A stretch of 64,000 nt of DNA, taken from positions 553,422 to 617,421 of the forward strand of contig CAWAQF010000004.1 of assembly GCA_963784155.1 (NCBI GenBank), written 5' to 3'. The notes beneath the pieces are model-generated. The model saw only the letters and a program-made list of their open reading frames with translations. It had not been told where the DNA came from and ran no database searches. Position numbers and translations under genes: made by a program. Each line of letters starts with the position of its first letter. The stretch's first letter is position 1. Below, in pieces: positions 39,313 to 49,825 of the stretch. This DNA comes from an uncultured Acidimicrobiaceae bacterium (GTDB lineage: Bacteria > Actinomycetota > Acidimicrobiia > Acidimicrobiales > RAAP-2).

Positions 39313-40443
39313 ATGCAGCTCGACGCGTTCAGAGCGTCTCTCGAGACCTGGCTCGACGACCACGCGTCGGAGCTCGCGCCCGACTTCGATGGGACGGGGA
39401 CCCTCGACCAACAGGTCGCGCAGCTCGACAAGGTGAAGCGCCTCATCTTCGACGACGGCTGGATGCGCTGGGGATGGCCGGAGCGGGTCGGCGGCCTCGG
39501 GGGCTCACCGCTCTTGCGAGCGTCGCTCGCCGAGGCGTTGGTCGCCCGCGACCTGGTCGAGCCCGGTCTCTATTCACTGGTCGAGGTGTTGGCCCCGACG
39601 ATGATCGACTACGCGTCTCAGGATCTCGCCGCGAGAATGGTGCCCCGGCTCCTGCGGGGAGAGGAGACCTGGTGCCAGGGGTTCTCCGAGCCCGGGACCG
39701 GGAGCAACCTCGCGTCGCTCTCGTGCCGGGCGACGCGGGACGGCGACGGCTGGCGGGTCAGCGGTCAGAAGCTCTGGACCAGTCTCGCCCAGTACGCCGA
39801 TCGCTGCGTGCTCCTCACCCGCACCGGATCGCCCGAATCCGCGCACCGGGGGATCACCGCCCTCTTCGTCGACATGGACAGCCCCGGCATCACGGTGCGG
39901 CCGGTGCAGACCATGCACGGCGTCGAGGAGTTCTGCGAGGTCTTCTTCGACGAGGTGGCGGTGCCACTCGAACGGACCCTGGGCGAGGTGGGGCAGGGGT
40001 GGTCGGTGGCGATGGACCTGCTCCCCTTCGAACGCAGCACCGCCCTCTGGCAGAGGTGCGCCTACCTCCACCGGCGCCTCGAGCAGCTGGTGACCACCGC
40101 GCCGCCAGGGGCGCTCGGCTCCGAGGAGGTCGGAGAGGTCTTCGCGCAGCTGTACGCGCTGCGGGCGCGCTCGCGGGCGACGCTCCGGCGCTTGGACGCG
40201 GGCGGACGCCTCGGACCGGAGACCTCGGTCGACAAGATCCTCGTCGCCACCACCGAACAGGCGGTCTTCGACCTCGCCACCGACGCACTCGCGCCGTCGG
40301 TCTGGACGAGCGAGGACACCTCGAGCCGGCAGTGGCGCACCGAATTCCTGTTCTCCCGCGCCGCCACCATCTACGGGGGGAGCATCGAGATCCAGCGCAA
40401 CATCGTCGCCCGCCGCCTCCTCGACCTCGGGGCCGAACCGTGA
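39313..40443 (+). CDS. acyl-CoA dehydrogenase (FAD-binding/catalytic-type subunit)
   Basis: 376 aa, intact. Motifs are QGFSEPGTGSNLASL, WRVSGQKLWTS and IYGGSIEIQRNIVA. Confidence 0.9.
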   Translation: MQLDAFRASLETWLDDHASELAPDFDGTGTLDQQVAQLDKVKRLIFDDGWMRWGWPERVGGLGGSPLLRASLAEALVARDLVEPGLYSLVEVLAPTMIDYASQDLAARMVPRLLRGEETWCQGFSEPGTGSNLASLSCRATRDGDGWRVSGQKLWTSLAQYADRCVLLTRTGSPESAHRGITALFVDMDSPGITVRPVQTMHGVEEFCEVFFDEVAVPLERTLGEVGQGWSVAMDLLPFERSTALWQRCAYLHRRLEQLVTTAPPGALGSEEVGEVFAQLYALRARSRATLRRLDAGGRLGPETSVDKILVATTEQAVFDLATDALAPSVWTSEDTSSRQWRTEFLFSRAATIYGGSIEIQRNIVARRLLDLGAEP

Positions 40444-41405
40444 TGGACGACGACGAGCTGGCCTCTTTCCGAGAGGGCCTTCGCCACGCCGTCGCCACCC
40501 ACTCGGGGGAGGCCCTCGACGCCGCCGTCGAGGGGCTCGGCTGGTCCGACGCGCTGGCCGCGGACCGCCGCGCCGCGGTCTCGTCCCTCTTCGAGCTGCT
40601 GGGCCGCGCCGACGTGACTTCGTCCGCGCTCGACCTCGTCCTCGCCGACGCATTGGGGCTCTCGCCGGAGACCGGAGCGGGTGTCGTGCTGCCTGCCGTC
40701 GGGTCGTGCGAACCCCCTGCCGACCTGGAAGGGGAGCAGGTCACCCTCCGGGGTGTCGGCACCGCGGCCCTTCGGTCTCGGGATCGGGCGCTCGTCGTCG
40801 CGCGGTCCTGCGGCGAGCAGGTGGCGGTGACCCTCGACACCGCCGAGCTGGAGATGCGAGCGATGGCGGGCCTCGATCCCGCATCGGGTCTGGTCGAGGT
40901 GACCGCCGTTCGAGCGGGTGCCGGGCCGGCACCCGAGGCGCGACCGGACAGATGGGAGGTCGCGGTGGCGGCCGGGCAGCTCGCGCTCGCGCACCAGCTC
41001 GTCGGGGCGTCGAGGGCGATGCTCGGATTGGCGGTCGAGCATGCCCGCGAACGAGTCCAGTTCGGCAAGCCGATCGCCGCCTTCCAGGCCGTGCGCCACC
41101 GACTGGCCGACGCTCTGGTCGCCGTCGAAGCGGCCGACGCGGCGCTGGCCTCCGCATGGGACGACGGGTCGGCGCTGCACGCCGGCCTGGCAAAGGCGAT
41201 CGCGGGGCGGAGCGCGCACACCGTCGCCCGTCACTGTCAGCAGGTGCTCGCCGGGATGGGCTTCACCACCGAGCACCCCTTTCACCGCTACTTCCGCCGG
41301 ACGGTCCTCCTCGACCAGCTCCTCGGCGACTTCCGGTCCTTGTTCCGCGTCATCGGTGAGGAGCTGGTCACCAACCGGGAGCTGCCCTCGCTCGTGCCGC
41401 TCTGA
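40440..41405 (+). CDS. acyl-CoA dehydrogenase family protein (partner subunit, C-terminal ACAD domain)
   Basis: The start (GTG 40440 or ATG 40443) overlaps the upstream stop. ACAD C-terminal blocks are AMLGLAVEHARERVQFGKPIAAFQAV and GMGFTTEHPFHRYFRR. There is no GFSEP motif. Confidence 0.82.
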   Translation: MMDDDELASFREGLRHAVATHSGEALDAAVEGLGWSDALAADRRAAVSSLFELLGRADVTSSALDLVLADALGLSPETGAGVVLPAVGSCEPPADLEGEQVTLRGVGTAALRSRDRALVVARSCGEQVAVTLDTAELEMRAMAGLDPASGLVEVTAVRAGAGPAPEARPDRWEVAVAAGQLALAHQLVGASRAMLGLAVEHARERVQFGKPIAAFQAVRHRLADALVAVEAADAALASAWDDGSALHAGLAKAIAGRSAHTVARHCQQVLAGMGFTTEHPFHRYFRRTVLLDQLLGDFRSLFRVIGEELVTNRELPSLVPL

Positions 41406-41420
41406 GCCTGCCGGTCGGCA

Positions 41421-42375
41421 TCAGAGAGAGCTCGCCAGCGAGGCCAGCAGTTCCTTGGTGCGAGTGGCCGACGCGAGTCGCTCGTCACGGTTCTCGCCGA
41501 TGGGCACCACCCGAGCCGAGATGTCGGTGGCGCCGGCCTCGCCGAAGGCGCGGAGCCGCTTCTCGACCGCCGCCTCGGTACCCGCGGCCAGGATGTCGCC
41601 GACGTTGCGGGCATCACCGGTGTCGAGCAGGCGCTGGTAATTGGGGGAGATCTCCGCCTCGGCCAGGATCCGGTTGGCCCGCTCCACCGCGCTCGCCACC
41701 TCGTCCTCGCGGCAGAGGCAGACGGGAACTCCCGCGACGACGCGTGGAGCAGGGCGCCCGGCCGCGTGCGGCCGCGCGGGTGATCCGAGGAACGACGTGC
41801 GCTCCGATCGCCTTCTCGTCGGCCATCCACAAGATGGTGCCCGCGGTCCGCTCGCCGGCGAGCCGGAGCATCTTCGGGCCGAGGGCGGCGACGAGGACGG
41901 GGGTGGGGGCGAGGTCGGTGATGTCGAGGGGATTGTGGATCCGGAACCGTCCGTTCTCGACGTCGACCGGGCCGGGCCCCGCCAGGGCCGCATCGAGGAC
42001 GTCGAGGTACGCGCGCAGGGTATCGGCCGGGCGTTCGTAGGGGAGACCGAGCATCTCGTCGATGATCCAATGGTGCGACACACCGAGGCCGAGGGAGAGC
42101 CGCCCTTCGCAGACCGCCTGGACCGACAGCGCCTGCTGGGCCAGCGCGATCGGGTGACGGGGCTGGATCGGGACGACGGCGGTCCCGATCTCGAGCCGCG
42201 TGGTCGCCGTTCCGACCAGCGCGGCGGCGGTCAGCGCGTCGAACTCGTCGGGAATCTGGGGAACCCACACCGAGGCGAGCCCGGCTTCGTCGGCCCACCG
42301 GGCGTCCTCGCACATCCGCGCGACCTTGGTGCGGTAGCGCCCTCGCTCGGGGCCGATCATCAACCCGATGCGCAT
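41421..42375 (-). pseudogene. LLM class F420-dependent oxidoreductase with one +1 frameshift
   Basis: ATG at 42375 follows GGGAGGATCGAG. The N-terminal part is in ORF 41614..42399 and the C-terminal part is in ORF 41421..42083. The junction is near 41755. Confidence 0.8.
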
Positions 42376-42480
42376 CTCGATCCTCCCGCTCGCCCGCACG
42401 GTGCCGAAGGCGCCCGTTGCAGCGGAACTGTCACTCTCCTAGGATGGGAACACCATACTCGCACAGCGGGAGCCCTATTC

Positions 42481-43752
42481 GTGAGCGAGCTCGACGCCCT
42501 CGACTTCTTCAGCGACCGGTCACTCGTCGCCGATCCCTACCCCTACTTCGATCATCTGCGCGAGGGCTGCCCGGTGCAGCGCGAACCGCATCACGAGGTG
42601 GTGATGGTCACCGGGTACGACGCCTCGATGGACGTGTACCACGACGTGGAGCGGTTCTCGTCGTGCAACTCGGTGAGCGGTCCCTTCCCCGGCTTCCCGG
42701 TGCCACTGGTCGGCGACGACGTGAGCGAGCTCATCGAGGCCCACCGTGACGAACTGCCGATGAGCGATCAGCTGCCGACGCTCGATCCTCCGAAGCACAC
42801 CGAACACCGCGCACTGCTCGGCCGCATGCTGACCCCGAAGCGCCTGAAGGAGAACGAGGACTTCATGTGGCGACTGGCCGATCGCCAGATCGACGAGTTC
42901 CTCTCCAGGGGGGAGTGCGAGTTCGTCGGCGAGTACGCGAGCCCGTTCACCCTCCTCGTGATCGCCGATCTGCTCGGAGTGCCGGAAGGCGACCACGAGC
43001 AGTTCCGCGACGAATGGCTCGGGCGCGGGAAGACCATGGGGAGCACCCGGCACGACGCGCTGGCGCGCAACCCGCTCGGATTCCTCTACGGGGCGTTCAC
43101 CGGGTACATCGAAGACCGGCGAAGGGCGCCGCGCGGCGACGTGCTGACCGGTCTCGCGGGCGCCACCTTCCACGACGGGAGAACCCCGGAGGTCATCGAC
43201 GTCGTCCGCATCGCGGTCAACCTTTTCGCCGCGGGGCAGGAGACGACGGTCCGGCTGCTCGGCGCCGCACTCCAGGTCATCGGCGAGCGCCCCGACCTGC
43301 AGGCCGCACTCCGGACCCACCGCGATCGGATCCCCAACTTCGTCGAGGAGACCCTGCGGACGGAGAGCCCGGTCAAGGGCGACTTCCGGCTCTCACGTGT
43401 CCCGACCACGATCGGTGGCGTCGGCATCCCGGCGGGCACCACGGTGATGGTGCTGAACGGAGCGGCCAACCGTGATCCCGACCGGTTCGAGAACCCCGGG
43501 AAGTTCGACGTCGACCGGGTGAACGCTCGCCAGCACGTCGCGTTCGGTCACGGCGTGCACACCTGCCCCGGGGCCTCGCTCGCACGGGCCGAGGCCCGGG
43601 TGAGCCTCGAGCGGCTGCTCGATCGCACCGCCGACATCCGGATCTCGGAGGCGGAGCACGGACCGCCCTCCGACCGCCGCTACCGCTACGTCCCGACCTT
43701 CATGCTGCGCGGCCTCACCCACCTCCACCTCGAGTTCGATCCGGTCGGCTGA
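42481..43752 (+). CDS. cytochrome P450, paralog of 9298..10548
   Basis: GTG at 42481 in ORF 41641..43752. Heme loop is FGHGVHTCPGASLA. Shared blocks with the paralog include DPYPY, KRLKENE and ADLLGVPE. Confidence 0.9.
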   Translation: MSELDALDFFSDRSLVADPYPYFDHLREGCPVQREPHHEVVMVTGYDASMDVYHDVERFSSCNSVSGPFPGFPVPLVGDDVSELIEAHRDELPMSDQLPTLDPPKHTEHRALLGRMLTPKRLKENEDFMWRLADRQIDEFLSRGECEFVGEYASPFTLLVIADLLGVPEGDHEQFRDEWLGRGKTMGSTRHDALARNPLGFLYGAFTGYIEDRRRAPRGDVLTGLAGATFHDGRTPEVIDVVRIAVNLFAAGQETTVRLLGAALQVIGERPDLQAALRTHRDRIPNFVEETLRTESPVKGDFRLSRVPTTIGGVGIPAGTTVMVLNGAANRDPDRFENPGKFDVDRVNARQHVAFGHGVHTCPGASLARAEARVSLERLLDRTADIRISEAEHGPPSDRRYRYVPTFMLRGLTHLHLEFDPVG

Positions 43753-43783
43753 GCCGGCCCGCCGCACACGCCGGCCGGCGGCC

Positions 43784-44934
43784 TCACGAGGTCGGGAGCC
43801 CGAGGATGCGGGTGGCGACCAGGTTGCGCTGGATCTGCGAGGTCCCCCCCATCACGCTCTGGGCCCGGCTGTAGAGGTAGGCCTTCAGCCAGGTGTCGTC
43901 GTCACCGCGGTGTGCGCCGCCGCCGATCGAGAGCCCGGCGTGTCCGACCGTCTGCTCGGCGGCGGTCATCAGCAATTTGTCGACCGAGCCCTCCGGTCCG
44001 TGCGCGATGCCGTCGATGCGGTCGGAGAGGCGTCGCCGGACATGGAGACGGAGCATCTCGGCCTCGACGATCGCCCATGCGAGTTCGCGGACCTGCTCGG
44101 TCCCGAAGGAGGTGCGGTCCGCCCGCACCTTCGCGGTCAACTCGTTGACCATCTTCTGGTAGCGCGCCACGTAGCCGAGCTCGCCCGGTTCACGCTCGTG
44201 GCTCACGACGGTCATGGCGAGCGCCCATCCCTCGCCGGGCCCGCCGATCATGTTCTCGGCCGCGACCCGCGCCCCGTCGAAGAGCACCTCCCCGAACTCC
44301 TTGGTGATCCCGTTGATCATCCGCAGCGGTCGCTGTTCGATACCCGGCTGGCGCATCGGGACGGCGAACGCCGAGATCCCCTTGTGCTTCGGGACATCGG
44401 GATCGGTCCGCGCGAGCAGGAGGCACCACTCGGCGTCGTCGGAGTAGCTGGTCCACACCTTGTGACCGGTGATCACGTAGTCGGCGCCGTCCCGTGTCGG
44501 CCCGGGTCCGCAAGGACGCGAGGTCCGATCCCGCCTCGGGCTCGCTGAACCCCTGGCACCAGCGGTCGTGTCCGTCGACGATCCCCGGCAGGAAGCGCTC
44601 CTGGATCTCCCGGCTGCCGTGTTCGAGGATCCCCTGGACGAGATAGCCGACGCTCGGCCGCGGGGGAGCACCTGCCTCGGCGAGCTCCTCGTCGAGGATC
44701 ACGTCGTAGACGGGTGGCAGCTCGTGGCCACCGACGTGGGTCGGCCACGAGAGGCCGAAGAAGCCGGCCTGGTAGAGCGACTGGTGCCAGGCCGCCTGGC
44801 CTCTCCAGTAGGCGTCGTCGGTCGACGAAGCCGGCAGGCCGGGGTTGTTGGCTTCCAACCAGGCGGCGCAGGCGGAGACGGAACTCCGCCTCCTCGGGCG
44901 CGTCACCGAAGTCCACGGCCGGCTCCGATCCCAT
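43784..44934 (-). pseudogene. acyl-CoA dehydrogenase (catalytic-type subunit) with two +1 frameshifts
   Basis: Start is ATG 44934 or GTG 44916 (VDFGDAPEEAEFR). Segments lie in three frames: AWLEANNPG...QGFSEPEAGSDLASL, then DGADYVITGHKVWTSY...MGGTSQIQRNLVA. Junctions are near 44865 and 44491. Confidence 0.8.
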
Positions 44935-45914
44935 GGTGTTCGAGCACGCGTTCGAGGTTGTCGCCCACCCCTCCGAGCAGATCGATCGAGAGGAGGGCCC
45001 GCCGCAGATAGGCGTGGGCGAGGCACTCCCAGGTGTTCCCGATCCCCCCGTGCACCTGGATCACGGTCTCGCACACCGCGAGGGCGGACCGTGCGCAGTA
45101 GGCCTTGGCAAGGGCCGCTGCGGCCAGCGCGTCGGAGGGTTCGAGCGCGTCGACGCTCCATGCCGCGTGCATCGCGACACTCGCGCGACCCCTCCATCGC
45201 GACGAAGGCGTCGGCGAGGAGGTGCTGCACGGCCTGGAACGAGCCAACCGGCACGCCGTACTGGCGCCGCATGGTCGCGTGCTCGCACGCGAGCCCGATC
45301 GCGCCGCGCATCACTCCGACCAGGTCGGCGGAGGTGAGCGCGAGTCCGAGCGCCGTCCAGCGGGTGAGCTGCTCGTCGCCGAGTCGGTGGGCGCCGAGCG
45401 CCGTGACCTGAACCGTGCCGTCGAGCACGACCGCGGGACGGGTGAGGTCCGTCCGGACCGAGGTGCCGGCGAGCGGCACGGTGCCGAGCACATCTGCCTC
45501 GACGAGGAGTGCACGGTCAGCGCCCGCCGCGTCGATCGCCACCGCTCCCGCAACGGAGGCGGCCGGGCCACGGAGATCGGGGGTGAGGGCCACCGTCTCG
45601 GAGGTCGGTCCCGTCGGCGCCCCCCCCAGTCGGCGCAGGTCGGCCGCGAGGGTCGGCCCGAGGTACGCGGCGTCGGCGAGGCCCCGTGCGAGCTCTTCGG
45701 CGACGATCGCGACCTCCACCGCGGAGGCCCAGGGGCGTCCGTCGTCGGCGGTGGTGCGCAGCTCGCGCCACTCCGAACCGGCGACCGCCGCGTCGAGCTT
45801 GGCGGCGCGGTCGTCGTCGTCGAGCCCGCCGACCGAGTGGGGCGCGAGTCGATCGACCACCTGGGCCGCCGCATCGCGCAGGTCCTGTTGCTCGGTTGAG
45901 AGGCGGACGTCCAT
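44903..45914 (-). pseudogene. acyl-CoA dehydrogenase family protein (partner subunit) with one +1 frameshift
   Basis: ATG at 45914. The sequence reaches ACEHATMRRQYGVPVGSFQAVQH, then shifts near 45185 into ORF 44903..45247 (VIQVHGGIGNTWECLAHAYLRRA). The 3' end overlaps the next gene. Confidence 0.75.
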
Positions 45915-45964
45915 CGGCGATCCGGTCGCTCCTCAGGCTGCCGGAGAAGGCGGGCGCACCGAGC

Positions 45965-47548
45965 TCACGCCGACACCTGTGCCCGGAGCTCGTCCTTCAC
46001 CACTTTGCCCGTCGCGTTGAGCGGCAGTGCCTCGAGGATCTCGACCCGGCGAGGAACCTTGTAATTGGCCATGTTGGCGCGCGCCCATGCGACGAGGTCG
46101 GACGCCGCGATCGTCGCACCGGGACGGAGGACCACGAAGGCCATCCCGACCTCGCCGAGTCGGGCGTCGGGGATGCCGAGCACCGCTGCCTGCCGGATGT
46201 CGGGGTGCCGGAGCAGGATGTTCTCGATCTCGGCGGGATAGGCGTTGAACCCGCCCACGATGAACATGTCCTTCGAGCGCCCGACGATGCGCAGGCACCC
46301 GCCCTCGGTCATCACACCGAGATCGCCGGTGGAGAGCCACCCCTCCGGCGAGAGCGCTTCGGACGTCGCCTCCGGATCGTCCAGATAGTGCAGCATGACG
46401 CTCGGACCGCGCAGCAGGATCTCGCCGGCCTCGCCGGTTCCGACGTCGCGGCCCTCGTCGTCGGCGATCCTCACCTCGAAGCCCGGCCGTGCACGTCCCA
46501 CCGTCGTCGCGATCGTCTCGAAGTCGTCGCCGGGTCCGGTGGAGCACGCAGTGCCCGCCTCGGTCAGTCCGTAGCCCGAGACCACCACCGAGAAGGGGAG
46601 GTCCTCGTGGATGCGGCGGATGAGCTCGACCGGGATGTCGGCGCCCCCGATCGTGGTGACCCGGAGGCTCGAGATGTCGTGCTGCTCGCGCCCGGGATGA
46701 TCGAGGATCGTCTGGTGGAGCGTGGGTGTTCCGGGGAGCACCGTCACCCGTTCGGTCGCGACCCGGGCGAGGACGCGGTCCACGTCGAGCACAGCCTCGG
46801 GCAGCATCGTCGCGCCCGCGGCGAGCGACGCGAGGATCCCGGCCTTCAGACCGAACATGTGGAAGTAGGGATTGACCATCAGGTAGCGGTCGCCTTCGGT
46901 GAGGCCGGTCATCGTCACCCAATCGGTCGCCACCTGGAGGGTCCGTCCGTGGGTCTGGACGACACCTTTCGGGCGGCCGGTCGTTCCCGAGGTGAAGAGG
47001 ATGTCCGAGGGATCGTCGCTCCGGACCGAGGCTGCACGGCGCTCGAACTCCTCTCGGGCGTCGGAGGTCGCGAGCGCCTCGAGGTCGTCCCACCCGATGC
47101 ACGGCACCCGGCAGGCATCCGGCGGCGGGCCGCTCGCGACGACGATCGTCCCGAGGGACGGCAACGCGACACCGCCTTCTTCGAGCAAGGCGACGTAGTC
47201 GGTGTCGAGGAAGTCGGTGACGGTGACCAGCACCTTGGCCGCACTGCGCGCCAGGATGTCGCCCGCCTCGGCGCCTTTGAAGCGGGTGTTGACCGGCACG
47301 AGGACCGCTCCCGAACCGAAGACACCGAGCGCGGCCACGATCCACCGCGGACGGTTGGGCATCCAGATCCCGACCCGATCGCCGGGGTCGAGGCCCGCGC
47401 CGACCAACGCGGCGCCGAAGGTGCGAGCGGACTCGAGGAGCTGAGCGAAGGTGAGCTCGGTGTCCCCGTCGACCACCGCGGCCCGGTCGGCGGACCTCGA
47501 CGCCGCCGCGGCGAGGAGCGACGGGATGGTGTCGGCCGCGAGAACCAC
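45965..47548 (-). CDS. AMP-dependent acyl-CoA synthetase/ligase (FadD3-like by overall pattern)
   Basis: 527 aa, intact. Motifs are LFTSGTTGRPKGV, SGYGLTE, TGDLG and NATGKVVK. Confidence 0.9.
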   Translation of the reverse strand: MVLAADTIPSLLAAAASRSADRAAVVDGDTELTFAQLLESARTFGAALVGAGLDPGDRVGIWMPNRPRWIVAALGVFGSGAVLVPVNTRFKGAEAGDILARSAAKVLVTVTDFLDTDYVALLEEGGVALPSLGTIVVASGPPPDACRVPCIGWDDLEALATSDAREEFERRAASVRSDDPSDILFTSGTTGRPKGVVQTHGRTLQVATDWVTMTGLTEGDRYLMVNPYFHMFGLKAGILASLAAGATMLPEAVLDVDRVLARVATERVTVLPGTPTLHQTILDHPGREQHDISSLRVTTIGGADIPVELIRRIHEDLPFSVVVSGYGLTEAGTACSTGPGDDFETIATTVGRARPGFEVRIADDEGRDVGTGEAGEILLRGPSVMLHYLDDPEATSEALSPEGWLSTGDLGVMTEGGCLRIVGRSKDMFIVGGFNAYPAEIENILLRHPDIRQAAVLGIPDARLGEVGMAFVVLRPGATIAASDLVAWARANMANYKVPRRVEILEALPLNATGKVVKDELRAQVSA

Positions 47549-47554
47549 GCTTTC

Positions 47555-47583
47555 AGATTATAAGAAGTCTCTTCTTGTAATCT
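47555..47583 (-). promoter_or_regulatory. AT-rich inverted repeat AGATTATAAGAAG-tct-CTTCTTGTAATCT holding a perfect TATAAT 8 nt before the GTG of the ligase gene (leaderless promoter plus operator candidate)
   Basis: The arms match at 12 of 13 positions. TATAAT is on the minus strand at 47562-47557. No RBS lies between it and GTG 47548. Confidence 0.5.
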
Positions 47584-47685
47584 CGGCGAGACGCGCGTAT
47601 CACTGGTCGGGGTGGCACTCCGCGGGAGCGCTGCCGACTGCCCGAGGTGCCGACCGACGCGCCAGAGAACCACGAAGGAGAACCC

Positions 47686-48219
47686 ATGCCCCGACCGCCG
47701 CTGCCATACGACTTCCTACCCCCGGTGCCCACGCTCGCCGTCACGAGCGACGACATCGCCGACGGAGAGGAGCTCCCCAATGCACACCGTGCGGACATCA
47801 TGGGCATGACCGGCGACAACCTCTCGCCCCATCTCGCCTGGAGTGGCGCCCCGCAGGGGACCCAGTCCTTCGCCGTCACCTGCTTCGATCCCGACGCGCC
47901 GACCGGCAGCGGCTTCTGGCACTGGGTGCTCTTCGACATCCCCGCATCGGTTGCCGAGCTCCCCCGTGGCGCGGGGAGCGGTGCGATGGCCGGACTGCCG
48001 GCGGGCGCGATCCACGCACGCAACGACACGGGTGGGCTCGGCTACGTCGGGGCGGCTCCGCCCGGCGGCCACGGCGAGCACCGTTACGTCTTCGCGGTCC
48101 ACGCGGTGGGCCTCCCGAAGCTCGGTCTCGACGAGACGGCGACACCCGCCTACGTCGGGTTCACCTTGACCTTCAACACGTTGGCCCGCGGGCTGCTCAC
48201 CGCGTGGTTCGCTCGCTGA
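47686..48219 (+). CDS. YbhB/YbcL family Raf-kinase-inhibitor-like (PEBP) protein
   Basis: ATG at 47686 follows GAAGGAGAACCC. Motifs are CFDPDAPTGSGFWHWVLFDIP and HRYVFAV. Confidence 0.85.
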   Translation: MPRPPLPYDFLPPVPTLAVTSDDIADGEELPNAHRADIMGMTGDNLSPHLAWSGAPQGTQSFAVTCFDPDAPTGSGFWHWVLFDIPASVAELPRGAGSGAMAGLPAGAIHARNDTGGLGYVGAAPPGGHGEHRYVFAVHAVGLPKLGLDETATPAYVGFTLTFNTLARGLLTAWFAR

Positions 48220-49402
48220 GCGGTCCTCCCTCGAGCCCTCCTCGGGGCGTCGTGGCGTCGAGGATCTCGCCGGTGTGCTCGTGGAGGCGCGGCGGCGGCC
48301 GGTACTCGGGCCGGCTGTCGTCGCAGCGGATCGGGTTCCCGATCAGCTGGATCGGCCCCTCGTCGGTCTCCACCGACACCACCATCCCCCGCGAACGCAC
48401 CAGGTCGCCGTCGAGGGCGTCGGGAAGCTCCTGAACTTCGCCCACCGCGACCTCGAGCGGACGGAGGCGGGCCTCCCACTCGGCGGCGGAGGCCTCCTTG
48501 AGGACCTCCCCGAGGGCGCGCAGCAGCTCCTCGCGGTTGTCGAAGCGGGCTCGCATGGTGGCAAAGCGCGGGTCGTCGGCCCACTCCGGGCGACCGACCT
48601 CCTCACAGAGCCGTCGCCAGTGCTCGTCGCGGGTCACGAACAGGGCCAGGTAGCCCGAGCTGGTCTCGAACAACTGCGCCGGCACGTAGAAGGTGTGCGC
48701 GCCGAGCCTGCTGCGCCCGGGGCGCTCGCCGCCGTTGAGGTAGGCGGCGCCTTTGTAGTTGAGTTGCGAGAGCATCACGTCGAGGAGCGAGACGTCGACC
48801 TGCCCTCCGGTGCCCTCGAGGACCTTGGCGACCAGTCCGAGGGCGGCCATGATCCCTGCCGAATTGTCGACCGCCGAGTATCCGGCGAGCGTCGGAGGGC
48901 CACCGGGCTCGCCGGTCATCGCGGCGACCCCGGTGCGCGCCTGGACGACGTAGTCGAACGAAGGCCATTCGGCGGCCGGTCCGTCGAGCCCGTAGCCGGT
49001 GAGCGCGACGCACACGATCTTCGGGTTGTAGCGGCGCAGGGCGTCGTAGTGGAGCCCGAGCGTGCGGATCGCCGAAGGTCGCAGGTTCACCAGCAGCGCA
49101 TGCGCGGTGGCCGCCAGCGCGCCGAGTTGTGCCTGGCCCTCCTCGCTGGTGAGGTCGATCGAGACGCTCCGCTTGTTGCGGTTGAGGCTGGCGAAGTACA
49201 CGTTGTGCCCGCCGACCACCAGTGTCCCGACCTGGCGGGAGAGGTCACCGCCGGCCGCCTCGATTTTGATCACGTCGGCGCCGAGGTCGGCGAGGAGCAT
49301 CCCGCCGAACGGTCCGGAGAGGATGTGCCCGACCTCGAGCACCCGGATCCCGGTGAGCGGGCCTCGGCGGTCCGGCTGGGCTTCACGCACCGGTACCGTC
49401 AT
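48197..49402 (-). CDS. family III CoA-transferase (CaiB/BaiF family)
   Basis: 401 aa with GIRVLEVGHILSGPFGGMLLADLGADVIKIE. The ATG overlaps the stop of the mutase small subunit (ATGA). Confidence 0.9.
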   Translation of the reverse strand: MTVPVREAQPDRRGPLTGIRVLEVGHILSGPFGGMLLADLGADVIKIEAAGGDLSRQVGTLVVGGHNVYFASLNRNKRSVSIDLTSEEGQAQLGALAATAHALLVNLRPSAIRTLGLHYDALRRYNPKIVCVALTGYGLDGPAAEWPSFDYVVQARTGVAAMTGEPGGPPTLAGYSAVDNSAGIMAALGLVAKVLEGTGGQVDVSLLDVMLSQLNYKGAAYLNGGERPGRSRLGAHTFYVPAQLFETSSGYLALFVTRDEHWRRLCEEVGRPEWADDPRFATMRARFDNREELLRALGEVLKEASAAEWEARLRPLEVAVGEVQELPDALDGDLVRSRGMVVSVETDEGPIQLIGNPIRCDDSRPEYRPPPRLHEHTGEILDATTPRGGLEGGPLSERTTR

Positions 49403-49803
49403 CGCGGTCTCTGCGGCGCGCCCGCCAGGGTCCGCATGCTCTCGATCAGCGACTCGAGCGGCGTACCGGTCGGGTACACGGCTGCTGCACCCGCAGCCTC
49501 GAGGCGGGGTACGTCGCGGCGGGGAACGGTTCCCCCGACGACGAGGACGACGCTGTCGGCACCGGCGTCGTGCAGGGCGAGCGAGGTCTTCTCGGTCAGC
49601 GCGACGTGCGCACCGCTCAGGATGCTGAGTCCGACGATCCGGACGTCCTCTTGCACCGCGACCGACGCGATCACCTCGGGCCGTTGACGGATGCCGAGGT
49701 AGATCACCTCGAATCCTGTGTCGCGCAGCGCGCGTGCGACGAGCTTGGCTCCCCGGTCGTGGCCGTCGAGCCCGGGCTTCGCCACCAGCACCCGGACCGG
49801 CAT
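49399..49803 (-). CDS. cobalamin-binding small subunit of a split acyl-CoA mutase
   Basis: 134 aa with B12-binding motif GLDGHDRGAKLVARAL and the later block GGTVP. Confidence 0.88.
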   Translation of the reverse strand: MPVRVLVAKPGLDGHDRGAKLVARALRDTGFEVIYLGIRQRPEVIASVAVQEDVRIVGLSILSGAHVALTEKTSLALHDAGADSVVLVVGGTVPRRDVPRLEAAGAAAVYPTGTPLESLIESMRTLAGAPQRPR

Positions 49804-49825
49804 CAGGGGACGACCGTCATCGTTC

